Assembly: GCF_004010195.1 (NCBI RefSeq) | Contig: NC_057718.1 | Location: 66,684,481-66,748,480 of the forward strand | Origin: Chiloscyllium plagiosum | Lineage: Eukaryota | Reading direction: 5' to 3' | DNA length: 64,000 bases | Part shown: positions 12,738 to 25,119 of the stretch, piece by piece | How the letters are laid out: each line of letters opens with the position of its first letter | How positions within the stretch are numbered: position 1 is the first letter of the stretch | The notes under the pieces: generated by a model | What the model was told of the DNA's origin: nothing | The model's database searches: none | What the model saw: only the letters and a program-made list of their open reading frames with translations | Made by a program: the position numbers and the translations under genes

Positions 12738-12864
12738 TTACATATTTTCTTTGTTGTAGTGGAACTGAACACCTTGGGGATTAGCAGATGAGTAAAGATT
12801 GCACATTGTGTGAAGAACATGCGAGAGGTCATTAGGTCCACAGAAGAACACACCAATGTTGGCC
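12738..12864 (-). CDS. NOX3: NADPH oxidase 3-like, last coding exon (exon 13 equivalent)
   Basis: Manual translation: (G)[41 protein letters not shown]. Acceptor ttcattttcattAG at 12865-66, TAA at 12738-40. 127 coding nt and phase match NOX2/NOX3 last exon. GVFFCGP and MC.LYSSA.P resemble NOX3 as I recall it. Confidence 0.93.
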
Positions 12865-15800
12865 CTAATGAAAATGAAAGGTTAGAGGCAATTCAGGGCA
12901 AGGCATCTTTTACTTCCCATACTGTTAGCATTCTAATTTGTATGTTCATACCACAGATTGGCATTCAATTGCGCAAAGAGGTCGAGCACATCACTGCACT
13001 CAGCTGCCATCAGCTTGCGGTCACTTCTTCGATACAAAATTGGATCATTTACTGATGAATCCTGTTTCTACAATTATGAAAATTAACATATTCTGGTCTT
13101 CTCTGCATTAAATGGGAAACATACTGTGAATGAATTATATGACTGAATGTATGACATTCAATTTATATTATGGATGACCCATGTAAACACTCTTGATATG
13201 TATCAGTTGCAACTCACTGCAAGTAGTTTTTGGATGTTAGTACAAGGTAAAGGTAACTAAAGGGGGAAAAAAGCAATGTATCATGCTTAAAATATAATTT
13301 GCAAGAAATTTGATTGTTTTCTGTGCAAAAGAATTACTTGATGCAATAATTTTTTTGCCATACCTGAGTTGGTTGAGTTTCATCAAGTATATAACAGAGA
13401 AAATACGTTATTTAAGCCAACTAATCTGTTGCTTAAGTTCCACACAAGACTTCATCTAACACTATGGGCATTCCTCACCAATGTTGTCTCTGAACTGTGT
13501 GGCTATGTGGCCATTCCCAGGATTTATGCATGCTGATCTGGGAGTTATTCCTGTGACACATTCACTTCCAGTTTCTTCAGCCATTACCATGCATGGACCC
13601 TGGAGGCCCTTTTATGGAGAAATTAGAAGGAATGTAGTTTCCTCTTTTTTCATGTACTAACTCTTCAATGCATCTAAATACCTCAACTACTCTATGTGGT
13701 GGCATAAATCAGAATAGTGCAGATACTATAAATCTAAAGAAGCATAGAAAATGCTGGAAATATCCAAAAGGCAGCATCACGAAAACAGAAATAGAGTTAA
13801 CCTTAGATTCTGCTGAATTGTCATCACCCTATGTGCTTATATGCCCCAAATTCTTACCACTTGCCTCAGTAATGATGTTTCTCCTGAAAATTAAATTTAT
13901 TGGTAACTGTCTAATATGTATTGCTTCTAGATTTGAATTCCCTTACAAGTGGAAACATTTTACTGTTCCTTGTGAATCCTTTCTACATCTCCTACAATTC
14001 CTCAATAACTATCCTTTTAATCATGTGAATGCCAGAACTGACTAGTCATCAAAGTCTGCTGTAACAAAATTTACCATAACTTCTCTGCTTTTCAGTTCTA
14101 TCCATCTAGAAATGAACCCTGGGTGCTTGGTTTGCCTTTTTAAATTGCCTTCTGAAGCCAATTTTTTTACACTTGCAGTATGTGCAACATGTTTTCTTCT
14201 GAGCAAATATTGGTTAAATACAGAATTTAAAAAAAAACTAAATTATTGGAAGCTGAGGCAGCAGGTTTTTAAAGATGTAAAACATGTAAAACCCCTAAAC
14301 GTGTAAGCTACTGTGAAGGAAGAGAAGCACATTTACAGTATTTTAATAACTAGATAAAATAGTATTATTCACTTATCCTAAGGTAAAAGTAAAAAAAATC
14401 AGCACAGTTTCTATTTTGGAGTACAGTATATAGGAGCTGGTAGACAATGAAATCTGCATTAGAAGTCTCCATCTTGAACCTCGCAAATTCAAAATCACTG
14501 AGTTGATGTGCGAGTTGGAGAGAAGGGCATATGAAGGAAGGGTATCATTTATTCCATGTATTGGTCACACCTTGTACCAGGGACAGGTTCCATATAGGTT
14601 TGTGTAAATAAAAGTGCACAGTTAGGTGAACCCAAGTAAGATAGAGAATGAGAAACCATGCAAAGTTATCATATCGTATCTGAACCATGTACTTGAAAAA
14701 AGTCTGTTAGAAGGTAACCAGACTGCAAACCATGGCAAGAGATATAGTCCAAAGGGAGGAGGGAGAGGAGGAGAAGGAGACATGATATGGTAATTGTAGG
14801 AACTAAAAATCGCAGGACCTCAAGGATTACCATCCTTGGATTATCAACTGTGCCATATGCAAATTTATATGGAGATAAACATGTGTTCAGGAGTGGTGTG
14901 GCTGAGTATAATTCCAGTCTATGGGACACTGGAAGAGGAATAATATATCATAGAAATGGGCTTCACCTAAACTGGCTCTGACCAGGGCAAATTGAGCAGT
15001 CACAATGACCTGAAACCAGTAAATATTGCGAGGTGATGTGGGGGAGTGGGAGTGCTCAGATGGAAAAAAATACAAATGATAGTTCACAAAATAACAAAAG
15101 AGAGTCAAGTATAGGTTGGGATAAGGAAAAGGGACAAACTAAATCAATTCTTGGCACAAATTCAATTATAACTTTAATTTACATTTAAGTCTAGCCTGAC
15201 AATGGTAGTAGGGAAGATGCCAGTATCCATTATAAAAGATTTAATTGCAAAACACTTGGAAAACAATGACAGGGCCAGTCACAGTCAGGATGGATTTACA
15301 ATAGGGAAATAATGCTAATGCTACTGGAACTTTATTTGAACTTTCAGTAAGGTCCCATATAACAGTAAGCAAAAGTCCCATTTAAACATGTAAAATTAAA
15401 GTGCATGGGATTGGGGGTAGTTTATGGAAATGAATAGAGAATGGTTGGTGGACAGGAAACAACGAGTAGTAGTAAATGGTCTTTTTCTGAGTGACCAGCA
15501 ATAACTAGGGAGGTGCTACAAAGATCAGTATTTGGACCCCAGCTATTCACAATGTACATTCATGATTTAGATGAGGAAACTAAATAGAATATCTCCAAAT
15601 TTGCAAACGACACAAACTTAGTGGGTAAACTGTGAGGAAGATGCAGAAATGTTTCAGTGTGATTTAGATAGGTTGAGTGAGTAGGCAAATGCATGGCAGA
15701 TGAAGTATAATGTGAAGTATACTGTGAAGTTATTCACTTTGGTATCAAAAACAGGAAGAGAGATTATTATCTGAAATGCGACAGATTGCAACAAAACCTG

Positions 15801-15934
15801 GATGATACGTACACAAGTCACTGAGAGTAAGCTTGCATACAACAGGAGGCAAATGGTATGTTGGCCTTCGTAGAGATAGGATTCAAGTATAGGAGCAGGG
15901 ATATCTTCCTGCAACTGTACAGGACCTTGGTGAG

Positions 15935-16065
15935 GAGAAAGTGAGGTCTGCAGATGCTGGAGATCAGAGCTGAAAAATGTGTTGCTGGAACAGCGCAGCA
16001 GGTCAGGCAGCATCCAGGGAACAGGAGAATCGATGTTTCGGGCATAAGCCCTTCTTCAGGAATCA
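15935..16065 (-). mobile_element. Penelope terminal-repeat fragment with hammerhead core
   Basis: Same as 4175-4287. Flanked by TGGTGAG duplication. Confidence 0.85.
16028..16062 (-). ncRNA. Minimal hammerhead ribozyme core (Penelope-type)
   Basis: CTGAAGA-agggcttatgccc-GAAAC. Confidence 0.65.
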
Positions 16066-16182
16066 TGGTGAGACCATACTTGGAATGATATTCTGGCTTT
16101 GGAGAAAATGCGATGAACGTATACTATACTGGTTCCTACGATGGCAGAACTGAAGTACAAATATAAACTGCATTGGTTAAGA

Positions 16183-16399
16183 CTAGACAACGCCAGGTTA
16201 TAGTCCAACAGGTTTAATTGGAAGCACACTAGCTTTCGGAGCGTCGCTCCTTCATCAGGTGGTAGCGGCCACTACCACCTGATGAAGGAGCGACGCTCCG
16301 AAAGCTAGTGTGCTTCCAATTAAACCTGTTGGACTATAACCTGGTTTTGGGTGATTTTTAACTTTGTACACCCCAGTCCAACACCAGCATCTCCAAATC
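16183..16399. mobile_element. Palindromic MITE-like Penelope-derived element
   Basis: Perfect 73-bp arms 16193-16265 and 16272-16344. 10-bp duplication TTGGTTAAGA at 16173-82 and 16400-09. Confidence 0.9.
16277..16310 (+). ncRNA. Hammerhead core in the palindromic element (mirror copy on the minus strand at 16227-16260)
   Basis: CTGATGA-a-ggagc-gac-gctcc-GAAA-gctag. Confidence 0.65.
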
Positions 16400-17811
16400 T
16401 TGGTTAAGATTGTATTCATTGGAGTTTAGAAGAATGAGGGGAGATGTTATAGAAGTGTACAAAATTTTAACAGGACTAGACAGAGTAAACACAGGAAGGA
16501 AGTTCCCAAAGATTATGGAGTCCAGAACCCGGAGTCACAGTTTAAGGATGTGGGGTAGGTCATTTAGGTCTGAGTTGAGGAGAAATTTCTTCATTCAAAG
16601 ATGATGAACCTGTCGAATTCTCTACCACAGAAAGCAGTTGAGGCAAAAAATATTGAATGTTTTCAAGAAAAACTGGATAAATTTAGCATAGAGCTAAAGG
16701 AGTCAAAGGAAGAAAATGAGAACTGGAATGATAGGCCATGAGCATAGTGAATAGTGAAGCAGGTTCAAATGGCCTACTCTTGCTCTGATTTTCCATTTTT
16801 ATATATTTGGAAGTATTTGCACATAGTTGCCAAACATTTAGGAATGGAAACCAAATTTGACAGTTTTTGGTTCCTTAGGAAGGATAAGGAAAATTGTTGG
16901 AGGGGATGGAGTGGCCTGAATGAAAAAGGATAAAATCACTTCAATGGTAATTCAGGATATAATGAAAGTTAAAAAAAACACGGACAGGGAAATGTCTGTG
17001 TATGTTATTGTCGTGCACTTCCAGAACCATTTGATAAAGTCCCCTAGGAATTGAAATTTATGGAATTGGAGAGAAATTATAGATCAGGTTAGTAAATTAG
17101 CTGAGTGGAATGAGACTGAGAGAAGTGTGCAGGTAGTTAGCATCGGTATTAAGTGGATTGGGAGCAGTGTGCAGCGAGTGAGCATTGCAGTGAAGCAGAC
17201 TGAGCACGAAAGATGATGGGGCCTTTGTTCCTGAAACAGCAAGACAGAGATAAGTAACAGCAACGTCATGAAGATTTGTGAGAGCAGGGCAGCAGTTCTA
17301 TAAAAAAAAAGGTGAGAGAGAGCAGAGTTATCAGTTTCTCAAACATCATGAGTGATAAAAATTAGCAGCAGAGTCCCTTCAACTTGTTTCACTTCAAAGA
17401 GCTAAAGAGTTACATTGTAGAAAAAACAGGTAGGCGGTTGGTGAATAGTTCTGTGTTTTTTGATTTATTACAGCTGAAGAGCACATATACTAAGCCCATG
17501 GTTTTGAATATTATGAACTTTACATGTTTATTCAGTACTTTCTAAAGGTTGAGGTTACTATTTCAACCCTGCCAGGCAGTGTATTGCAGACCACCACTAC
17601 CTTCTGGGTGAAAAAAAATCATTCCTCAAATCCACTGCAAACCAGAGCCTTTCACTTTACAAGGCTGTGCCCTTGTTCGTGACATTTCAACAAAGGGGAA
17701 CAGCTGCTTTGTATCTACCCTAGCCACGGCCTCTTAATATTATAGACCTCAATCAGATCCTTACCTCACCTCTCTGCTCCAAGTAAAAATACCTGACCAT
17801 ACTCAGTCTCT

Positions 17812-19685
17812 GCGATTTTTGAGAAGATTTGAGAAAACTTTATATACTAATGTGACAGACCATAAATGGACAGACACACTAGAATGGTCCATAAGCATCA
17901 AATTGCAGCAAACACAGAAAATGAAAAAACTACCCCTACAGGAATAAACTGGACAAGCTCACAAAAAAGAACAACGCAGACAACACAGAGGCTTGGATAA
18001 AAAACCTATCAGACCAACCACTAACAGCTACAGAAAAAGCCGTCCTGGTAAGAGGGTTAGACTACAACTACAGGTATGCAGACAAAAAGGACTTTCTAGT
18101 GGCATTAGAATCAACACTGAAGGACAACGGACTCACAGAAGAAACCCAGTAGACCAGAGAGACCAGTGGCACCAACACTAAGCAGGAAAAAGGAAAGAAA
18201 CACACTCAACACACAGGAAAGGAAAGCCCTAGAAAGACTCAAAAAAGACAAAAATACTGTAATGCTACCTGCAGACAAAGGTGCATGAGCATCTTTCTAA
18301 ACAGAACGGAGTACATTGAAAAAGCGAACTCACTGCCTGCAGATACTGATACTTACTAACAGGTGGTGATAGACCTGACCCCACAACTAAAAAAACCATG
18401 TCACAGCCACATTGAAAAGGCTTCAGAAATCAGGACAAATAAACAAGACAGACTTCCAAAAATGAAACCGAATGGATCTAACACACCCTGCTTCTATGGA
18501 CTACCTAAAGTACACAAACCAGGGGCCCTCCTCAGACCCACAGTCTCACTTCCTGGAACACTGACTTATAGACTAGCCAAAGAACTCCACCAAAAACAAA
18601 TACCTAATGGAAGTCATGCCACTCCATTTACTCCACCAAGAATTCCTGAGCACCATCAAATACATCAAGATAGAAGAGGATGAAATAATGGTCTCCTTTG
18701 ATGTAACAGCCCTGTTCACATCAATTAACGACAACCTCGCCAAAGAAACACTGACTGCACTACTAGAGAAATCAAAGACACAAACACCAGATAGCACCAA
18801 CTTCATCAGCAAAGATAACATCCCCAAGTTAGTAGACCTGTGCCTCATAACCCACTTCACATTCAATAACAAGACCTACAAATAAATCAACGGAACACCC
18901 ATGGGATCACCAATATCTGGATTCCTAGCAGAAGCAGTAATGCAGAAACTCGAACAAACAGCCCTCCCAAATACCTAACCTAAACTTTTGGTCCACACCT
19001 TTGTCATCACAAAATGGAACAAATTAGGGGAAACCTACAACACCATCAACAATATCCTTACTGGCATAAAATTCACTAAAGGGGAGGAGAACACCAACAG
19101 ACTCCCATTCCGAGCTGTCACAATAGAACAAACAGTTAATGGAGAACTTCAAACCAGCATCTACAGGAAAACAATACACACAGACCAAATACTTAACCAC
19201 TGAAGCAATCATTCCAACACCCATAAACAGAGCTTAATTAGGACATTATTTCAGCAAGCCACCACACACTGCAGCACCCACGAACTATGAACAGCTGAAG
19301 AAAAATAACTATACAGCGTATCCAAGAAGAACAAGTATCCAATAAACACAGTCTGCCAATTTCCCAACAACAAACCCAAACAAGCAGACACAACATGCTT
19401 AGAAACTCTGACCACATTACCTTACATCAAAGACATCTCTGAATGACTGCCAGACTACTCAGATTGGAACCCCATCAGTAAATGCATCGATTTGGACCCT
19501 GTCTACTATCCTCTGAGAAGAAGAACCAGAAATGATATCACCCACCCAAAGAAACAAGACGCCTAAATAGAAAGCAGAACATAACATGAGCACTTTGCCA
19601 GAGGCTCACTGATGATGTTACTTTGTATGGTGATGAAATGTCTGAAATCAAACCTATCAGCTCAGCAAGCAAACTTACAACCAGT
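17812..19685 (+). mobile_element. Penelope-like retroelement, degenerate RT
   Basis: FYGLPKVHKPGALLRPTVS, MVSFDVTALFTSI, GTPMGSPISGFLAEAVMQKLE, IYRKTIHTDQILN. 12-bp duplication TACTCAGTCTCT at 17800-11 and 19686-97. Inserted in a minus-strand CR1 fragment (~17560-19980). Confidence 0.93.
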
Positions 19686-19999
19686 TACTCAGTCTCTCTT
19701 CATGGGTAAAATGCTTTACCCCAAACAACCTCCAGTTGAATCTACTCTGCATCCCTCCATCGCAATCACACCCTTCATATCGTGTATACCCAGGACTGCA
19801 CAGTTCTCCAGATGTGCCCTAACCAAAGTTCTGTACAGCTCCAACACAACCTTCTTGCTCCGATAGTGTATGCCTTGACTGATAAAGGTAAGCATTCCAT
19901 ATCTCTTATTAACTATCCTTATAACCTTGTCCTGCTATCTTCAGGGATCCCTGAAGATCACTTTGCTCCTCTGAGCTTCTTAGTCTCCTGACACTAATG

Positions 20000-21510
20000 C
20001 CGACTGCCTTGAAATTTCGTACAGAGCTGATGAGTTGGAATCAGAGCTGCAGACATTTTAACACATCAGGGAGTAGGGGAGAGTTTCTGGATACAGTCAC
20101 ACCCCTCAGATTTATTATATCAAGTTTGATCAGTGGTCAGAGACACGAGAGTCTGTGACTAAGAGCAGGTATGCTGGTCCAGAATTAAGCTTTTGAAGAG
20201 CCTCAGTTACTGCCCTTACCCAATAGCTACAATGTTCTTGTTCCCAGTATAGATAAGAGCACAGCTTAGACAGAAGATGAACACACTGACCACTGCATCA
20301 TGATCCAGAGAGCCATTCAAATGGGGGAAGAATAGTTCAAGGAATAGATGCATGTTCTTTGCAGCAAAGTCAGAGAGTCCCAAAGACTGTGGTGCTTACT
20401 TGGTGCCAAAGTTCAGGACATCTCTCCTGGGCTGGAAAGGAACTTAGAGTGGGAGGGGAAGCATCCAGTTGTCTTGGCTTACACAGATACCGATAAAGGT
20501 GGGACTAGAAAAGGAGTTCTGCTGAGGGATTAAGAGTGGATAAATTGAAAAGCCGACCACAAGTATAGTAATTGCCAGTCCTCTACCTGGGCCTAGTTAA
20601 AATTAGCATATAGCAATAAGATTGCACTGGTAAATGCATTACTCAAAGATCAGTGTGGATAAAATGAGTTCTGATTCATGGGGCACTGGCAGTAGTATTG
20701 GATAAAAAGAGAGCTGTTTCATTAGGTTGGGCTTTATTTGAGTCATGCTAGAACCAGTATCCTCTTGAGTTGTAGAACTGTGTTTAGAGATATGGCTTTA
20801 AACTAATTAGTGGAGGGGAGGATTCAGAGTGGATGTGCAGGGTAATGAAGAGGCAAATGGTGTTTAACATGTAACAGGAAGCTGTAGAAAATATACACAA
20901 AAACATGTAACGGAAATAAGAATCAAAACAGCCACAGTACTGAAAATAATTTGACAGATTAAATAGAATGTTAGCCTAATTAGAGAAATTGAATACCAGG
21001 AGGTCGAAGCCATGCTTCAGCTCTGCAATGTCCTATTCATGCCACAATTGAGCAAATCTGGGCATGACACTTCAGAAAGAATGTACTGGCATTGAAAGAA
21101 ATTCAGTCTAGATTCACCAGAATAATGATCAGACCTTAAGGTTTACATTTCAGAGTGATATTGCAAAAAGTTCAAACATATCCATTGTGATTCAAAAGGT
21201 TAAAAGGTGATTTGATCTAATATTTTCAAGACATTAAGGAGAAAGAAAGAGTGAATAGGGATATGGGTTTTTCATTGGATGGGGAGACTAGAATTAGAGG
21301 ATATAGCCTAAAGATTAGAACCAAACCTTTCAATAAGGAAAGCAGGAATACTTTACTGCACACAAAGGAGGAAGTTTGGAACTTACTTCAGTAAAAAGCT
21401 GTTGATGCTAGATTTAATTGTTAATTTTAAAACTGATTGAAAGCATTTCTTTAGCCAAAGGCACCAAAGATATAAGGCAAGATAAGTAAATTAAATTAGG
21501 TCACAGACCA
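20000..21510 (+). mobile_element. Old, deleted CR1 LINE (ORF1 esterase-like remnant and 3' end)
   Basis: CLLGAKVQDISPGLERNLEWEGKHPVV resembles the ORF1 at 62167-62916. CR1 3' motifs at 21000-21510. Confidence 0.7.
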
Positions 21511-23267
21511 GTCATGTTTAAAAGGTCTGCCTCAGTGCTCTGGGATTCTATCCAAGTAATCAAAGCAGACAAGCCCTCTACCCCTCATTTGTCACACCTC
21601 TTCACACTCCTCACACACTGTCCATATCCCATCCGTACAAACCTATGTCCCTACCCACACCCATGGCCCCACATATCTCAATCTGTGCCAATCTACCTAT
21701 CCCCAATGACTCTTCATACATTCCATGGCAATCCATTCCCTGCTACTAACCCCAATTGTTCTTTGTAGCCTAATGTTAACTTAATACCACCTTATGCCAA
21801 GTCATATATTCTATTGCTTTCTATCTTTATACTTTCCATGCCTACTAACCCAGTATCTACCATAGCTGACCTCTGGAGCCCTCCTGAGATGTAATAAAAT
21901 TAAATTATAAGTATCACTTTACAAAATATATAAAATTAAAAACACTCATGGATAAAAGCCAGTTCAATACATCTAAATGCCTTCAAAATTATAATACTTC
22001 TTAAAAGGTACAAAATGCATTTGTAATTCTACATCAAAGACAGATAGTCCCTTAATAAGCTCTTCATGGTAACAAACCCTCACTACTCCACCTCCCCACT
22101 ATGATAATTATGGGTTATGCAGGCAGTCAAAAAATACTCATCGAATAAAGGTATTTTCAGTTTTATGTCAACAAACAACTATTGAAATGGTAGGCACACC
22201 AGATTCTTTTTCAATTCAGGGGTGATGTAGGCTGGTTTATGTTTTCAAAATTTAAAAACATAGGGATTTAATAACTTGACAGTTCCATGGGCCTTATCCA
22301 TCTTACACAAGTTCATATTTCTACTTAAAAATCCTAAGTTGCACACTGCAAGAGGAGTTACCAGCAAAAATGGGATCTGTTTGAACTCTGCAGTTTTCCA
22401 AATGAATCATATCCTGCTGCTTCCCCCTACAAATAGGATCTATCAGAAATAGAGGCAGGTCTTCCTGATCCAGGTTCCCTTGTAGCATTTTCAATAGGGC
22501 ACAGAGTCTCCTTGACTCTGAATATCCAGGGCAGGGTGACATTTTGTGATCTGTTCTCCACCCATCCCCAACCTCGCCACACCAATCAGTTTGGATCAGG
22601 ACATTGGGGAATTTCAGATTGGATGCCGTGGCATTGGTGCCATGCCTGTTACCCATTCATTTCTACTGGTACTTTACTCATGGTGAAGAAGAACTGGGAG
22701 GCCTGCTTGCTCTTGAACCAATTAAGGCCCTTAATGGCCAATTTGTTTTCCCAAAATGAGAGGGTGGAAAGAGTATGTGCTGAATGCTGTTATTTCTGAC
22801 CCCACTCAGTGTCCCTCTATTTTCTTGATTGGTCTTGCATCCTCCCAAATCAAGTCTATGATGATAGGATTTAATGCATATGTGGATGAGCCTCTGGTTA
22901 GCTGTGATCTCAGTAGTCTTGTGCAAGTATAATCTCTGGTAGGATGTTGATTCCTGTACAGCACAGCTCAGTAGCCTCACTATCATGTATAGTACATTAA
23001 AATCATTGTTTAATGGTAACCTAAAAGTCTGGTTGATTACAAAGTGCTAAATAATAAATGCTACATTTCCAGCTCTCCATCATACTTGTCAGGGCCTATT
23101 GCACTCACCTTCTAATCTGGCTGCAAAGCTCCTCAGTCCCAGCATTGGCCACTATGCTTAGTAACACTGCTGTGACTAGAAAGGGATATATTCAAATGGT
23201 AGTCTGATTTTAGAGACAAGATTTCCTCAAAATCATTCTTAGGCAATTAATGGCTAAGAATACCGTG

Positions 23268-23580
23268 GGGTGCCATGGTGGCTCAGTGCTTAGCACTGCT
23301 GCCTCACAGCACCAGGGACCCGAGTTCAATTCCTGTATTGGGTGACTGTCTGTGTGGAGTTTGCACGTTCTCCTCGTGTCTACGTGGGTTTCCTCCGGGT
23401 ACTCCGGTTTCCTTCCACAGTCCAAAGGTGTGCTGGTTAGGTGAATTGGCCATGCTAAATTGCCCATAGTGTTAGGTGCATTAGTCAGGGGTAAATGTAG
23501 AGGAATGGGCCTGGGTGGGTTACTCTTCGGACGGTTGGGCCGAAGGCCCTGTTTCCATACCATAGGGAATCTAGTCTAGT
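23268..23580 (+). mobile_element. HE1-like tRNA-derived V-SINE, full length
   Basis: A box ggtggctcagtgcttag, B box gagttcaattcc, V-core, (atcta)-type tail. Confidence 0.93.
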
Positions 23581-23756
23581 GGTCTGATGGACTTACAATA
23601 GACTTAGAACTTCCAGCAGAAATAGCTTACTCCTGACTTTTAAGCTCAGGAGAAAAATCATTACCACCACATAAAATCCAGGACATTCATGCAGATCTGC
23701 ATTCCACAAACTTTTCTATATTTTAACATTTTTTGTACCTGTTGTGTGATGTACGT

Positions 23757-23821
23757 TTGTGTCTGTGTGTGTGTGTGTGTGCGCACATGTGTTTGTGTGT
23801 GTGCGCGCACACGTGCATGTG
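23757..23821. repeat. (TG)n/(CG) imperfect microsatellite
   Basis: Seen directly. Confidence 0.9.
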
Positions 23822-23845
23822 AGGTATTGACAGTAATATTACATA

Positions 23846-24660
23846 CAGTCATAGAGATGTACAGCATAGAAACAGACCCTTCGGTCCAACCCGTCCATGC
23901 CAACCAGATATCCCAACCAAATCTAGTCCCACCTGCCAGCACCCAGCCCATATCCCTCCAGCCCATATCCCTCCAAACCCTTCCTATTCATACACCCATC
24001 CAAATGCCTTTTAAAATGTTGCAATTGTACCAGCCTCCACCACATCCTCTGGCAGCTCATTCCATACACGTACCACCCTCTGCCTGAAAAGGTTGCTCCT
24101 TAGGTTTCTTTTATATCTTTCCCCTCTCATCCTAAACACATGCCCTCTAGTTCTGGACTCCCCAACCCCAGGAAAATGACTTTGTCTATTTATCCTATCC
24201 ATGCTCCTCATAATTTTATAAACCTCAATAAGGTCACCCCTCAGCCTCTGACACTCCAGGGAAGAAAGCCCCAGCCTGTTCAGCCTCTCCCTATAGCTCA
24301 AATCCTCCAACCCTGACAACATCCTTGTAAATCTTTTCTGAACCCTTTCAAGTTTCACAACATCTTTCTGATAGGAAGGAGACCAGAATTGCACGCAATA
24401 TTCCAACACTGGCCTAACCAATGTCCTGTACAGCCACAACATGACCTCCCAACTCCTGTACTTAATACTCTGACCATGTTACAGGTCCTTTTAAACAATT
24501 TCTCTAGCAATGCATAGCTTAAATAGGCCCACTTAAGTCACAATTTGCACTGGATCTGTTATTCCATGCTCATTCAGCTCCTGTACTCAGTACTCTGACC
24601 AATAAAGGAAAGCATACCAAATGCCTTCTTCACTATCTTATCTACCTGCGACTCCACTTG
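23846..24660 (-). mobile_element. CR1 LINE 3' fragment
   Basis: LYRTLVRPVLEYCVQFWSP...LERVQKRFTRM...RLRGDLIEVYKIM...RVVRVWNELP. Confidence 0.93.
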
Positions 24661-25119
24661 TTGTTAATTTATGGGGTTAATATTGCGTTATACAAGTCTT
24701 GTGTTATACAACCATGAGAAACCGCGTTCAGAATGCTATGCATATTTCTCAGGACCTCCACAATGAATGAGGAAGACCTCCACCCCAACGACAAGCCCAG
24801 TGTACTGGCTTTTTTTAACTGAACACTGCAAATCAGAGATCAGTTGTTGCATACATACTCTATTCCTAAAATTTTGCATGTCAGTAATAACAGTAATAAA
24901 TAAGTGAATTCTAAGTATTATGTGTAAACAATATTTGAATACAAAATACTCAAACTCAACAATAAATTACGACAATTAATGGGCTTTAAATATTTTTGTG
25001 GCTGCAAGTTCTCAAGAAACTGTAAAAAGGATTAAAATTGAGACTTTCAAATCAGAAATTTTGCCCTGTCTATTTAATTTTGATATTTAATTTATCTCTT
25101 ATTTAGCTCTGTTGTAATA

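Larger units (their letters stand above)
15185..16790 (+). mobile_element. Degenerate CR1 LINE RT and 3' end with two nested insertions
   Basis: SKFANDTKL, LYSLEFRRMRGDVIEVYKIL...RNFFIQR motifs. Confidence 0.88.

Noticed and set aside
23268..23345. tRNA gene
   Set aside because: The A and B boxes belong to a SINE head and there is no complete cloverleaf.
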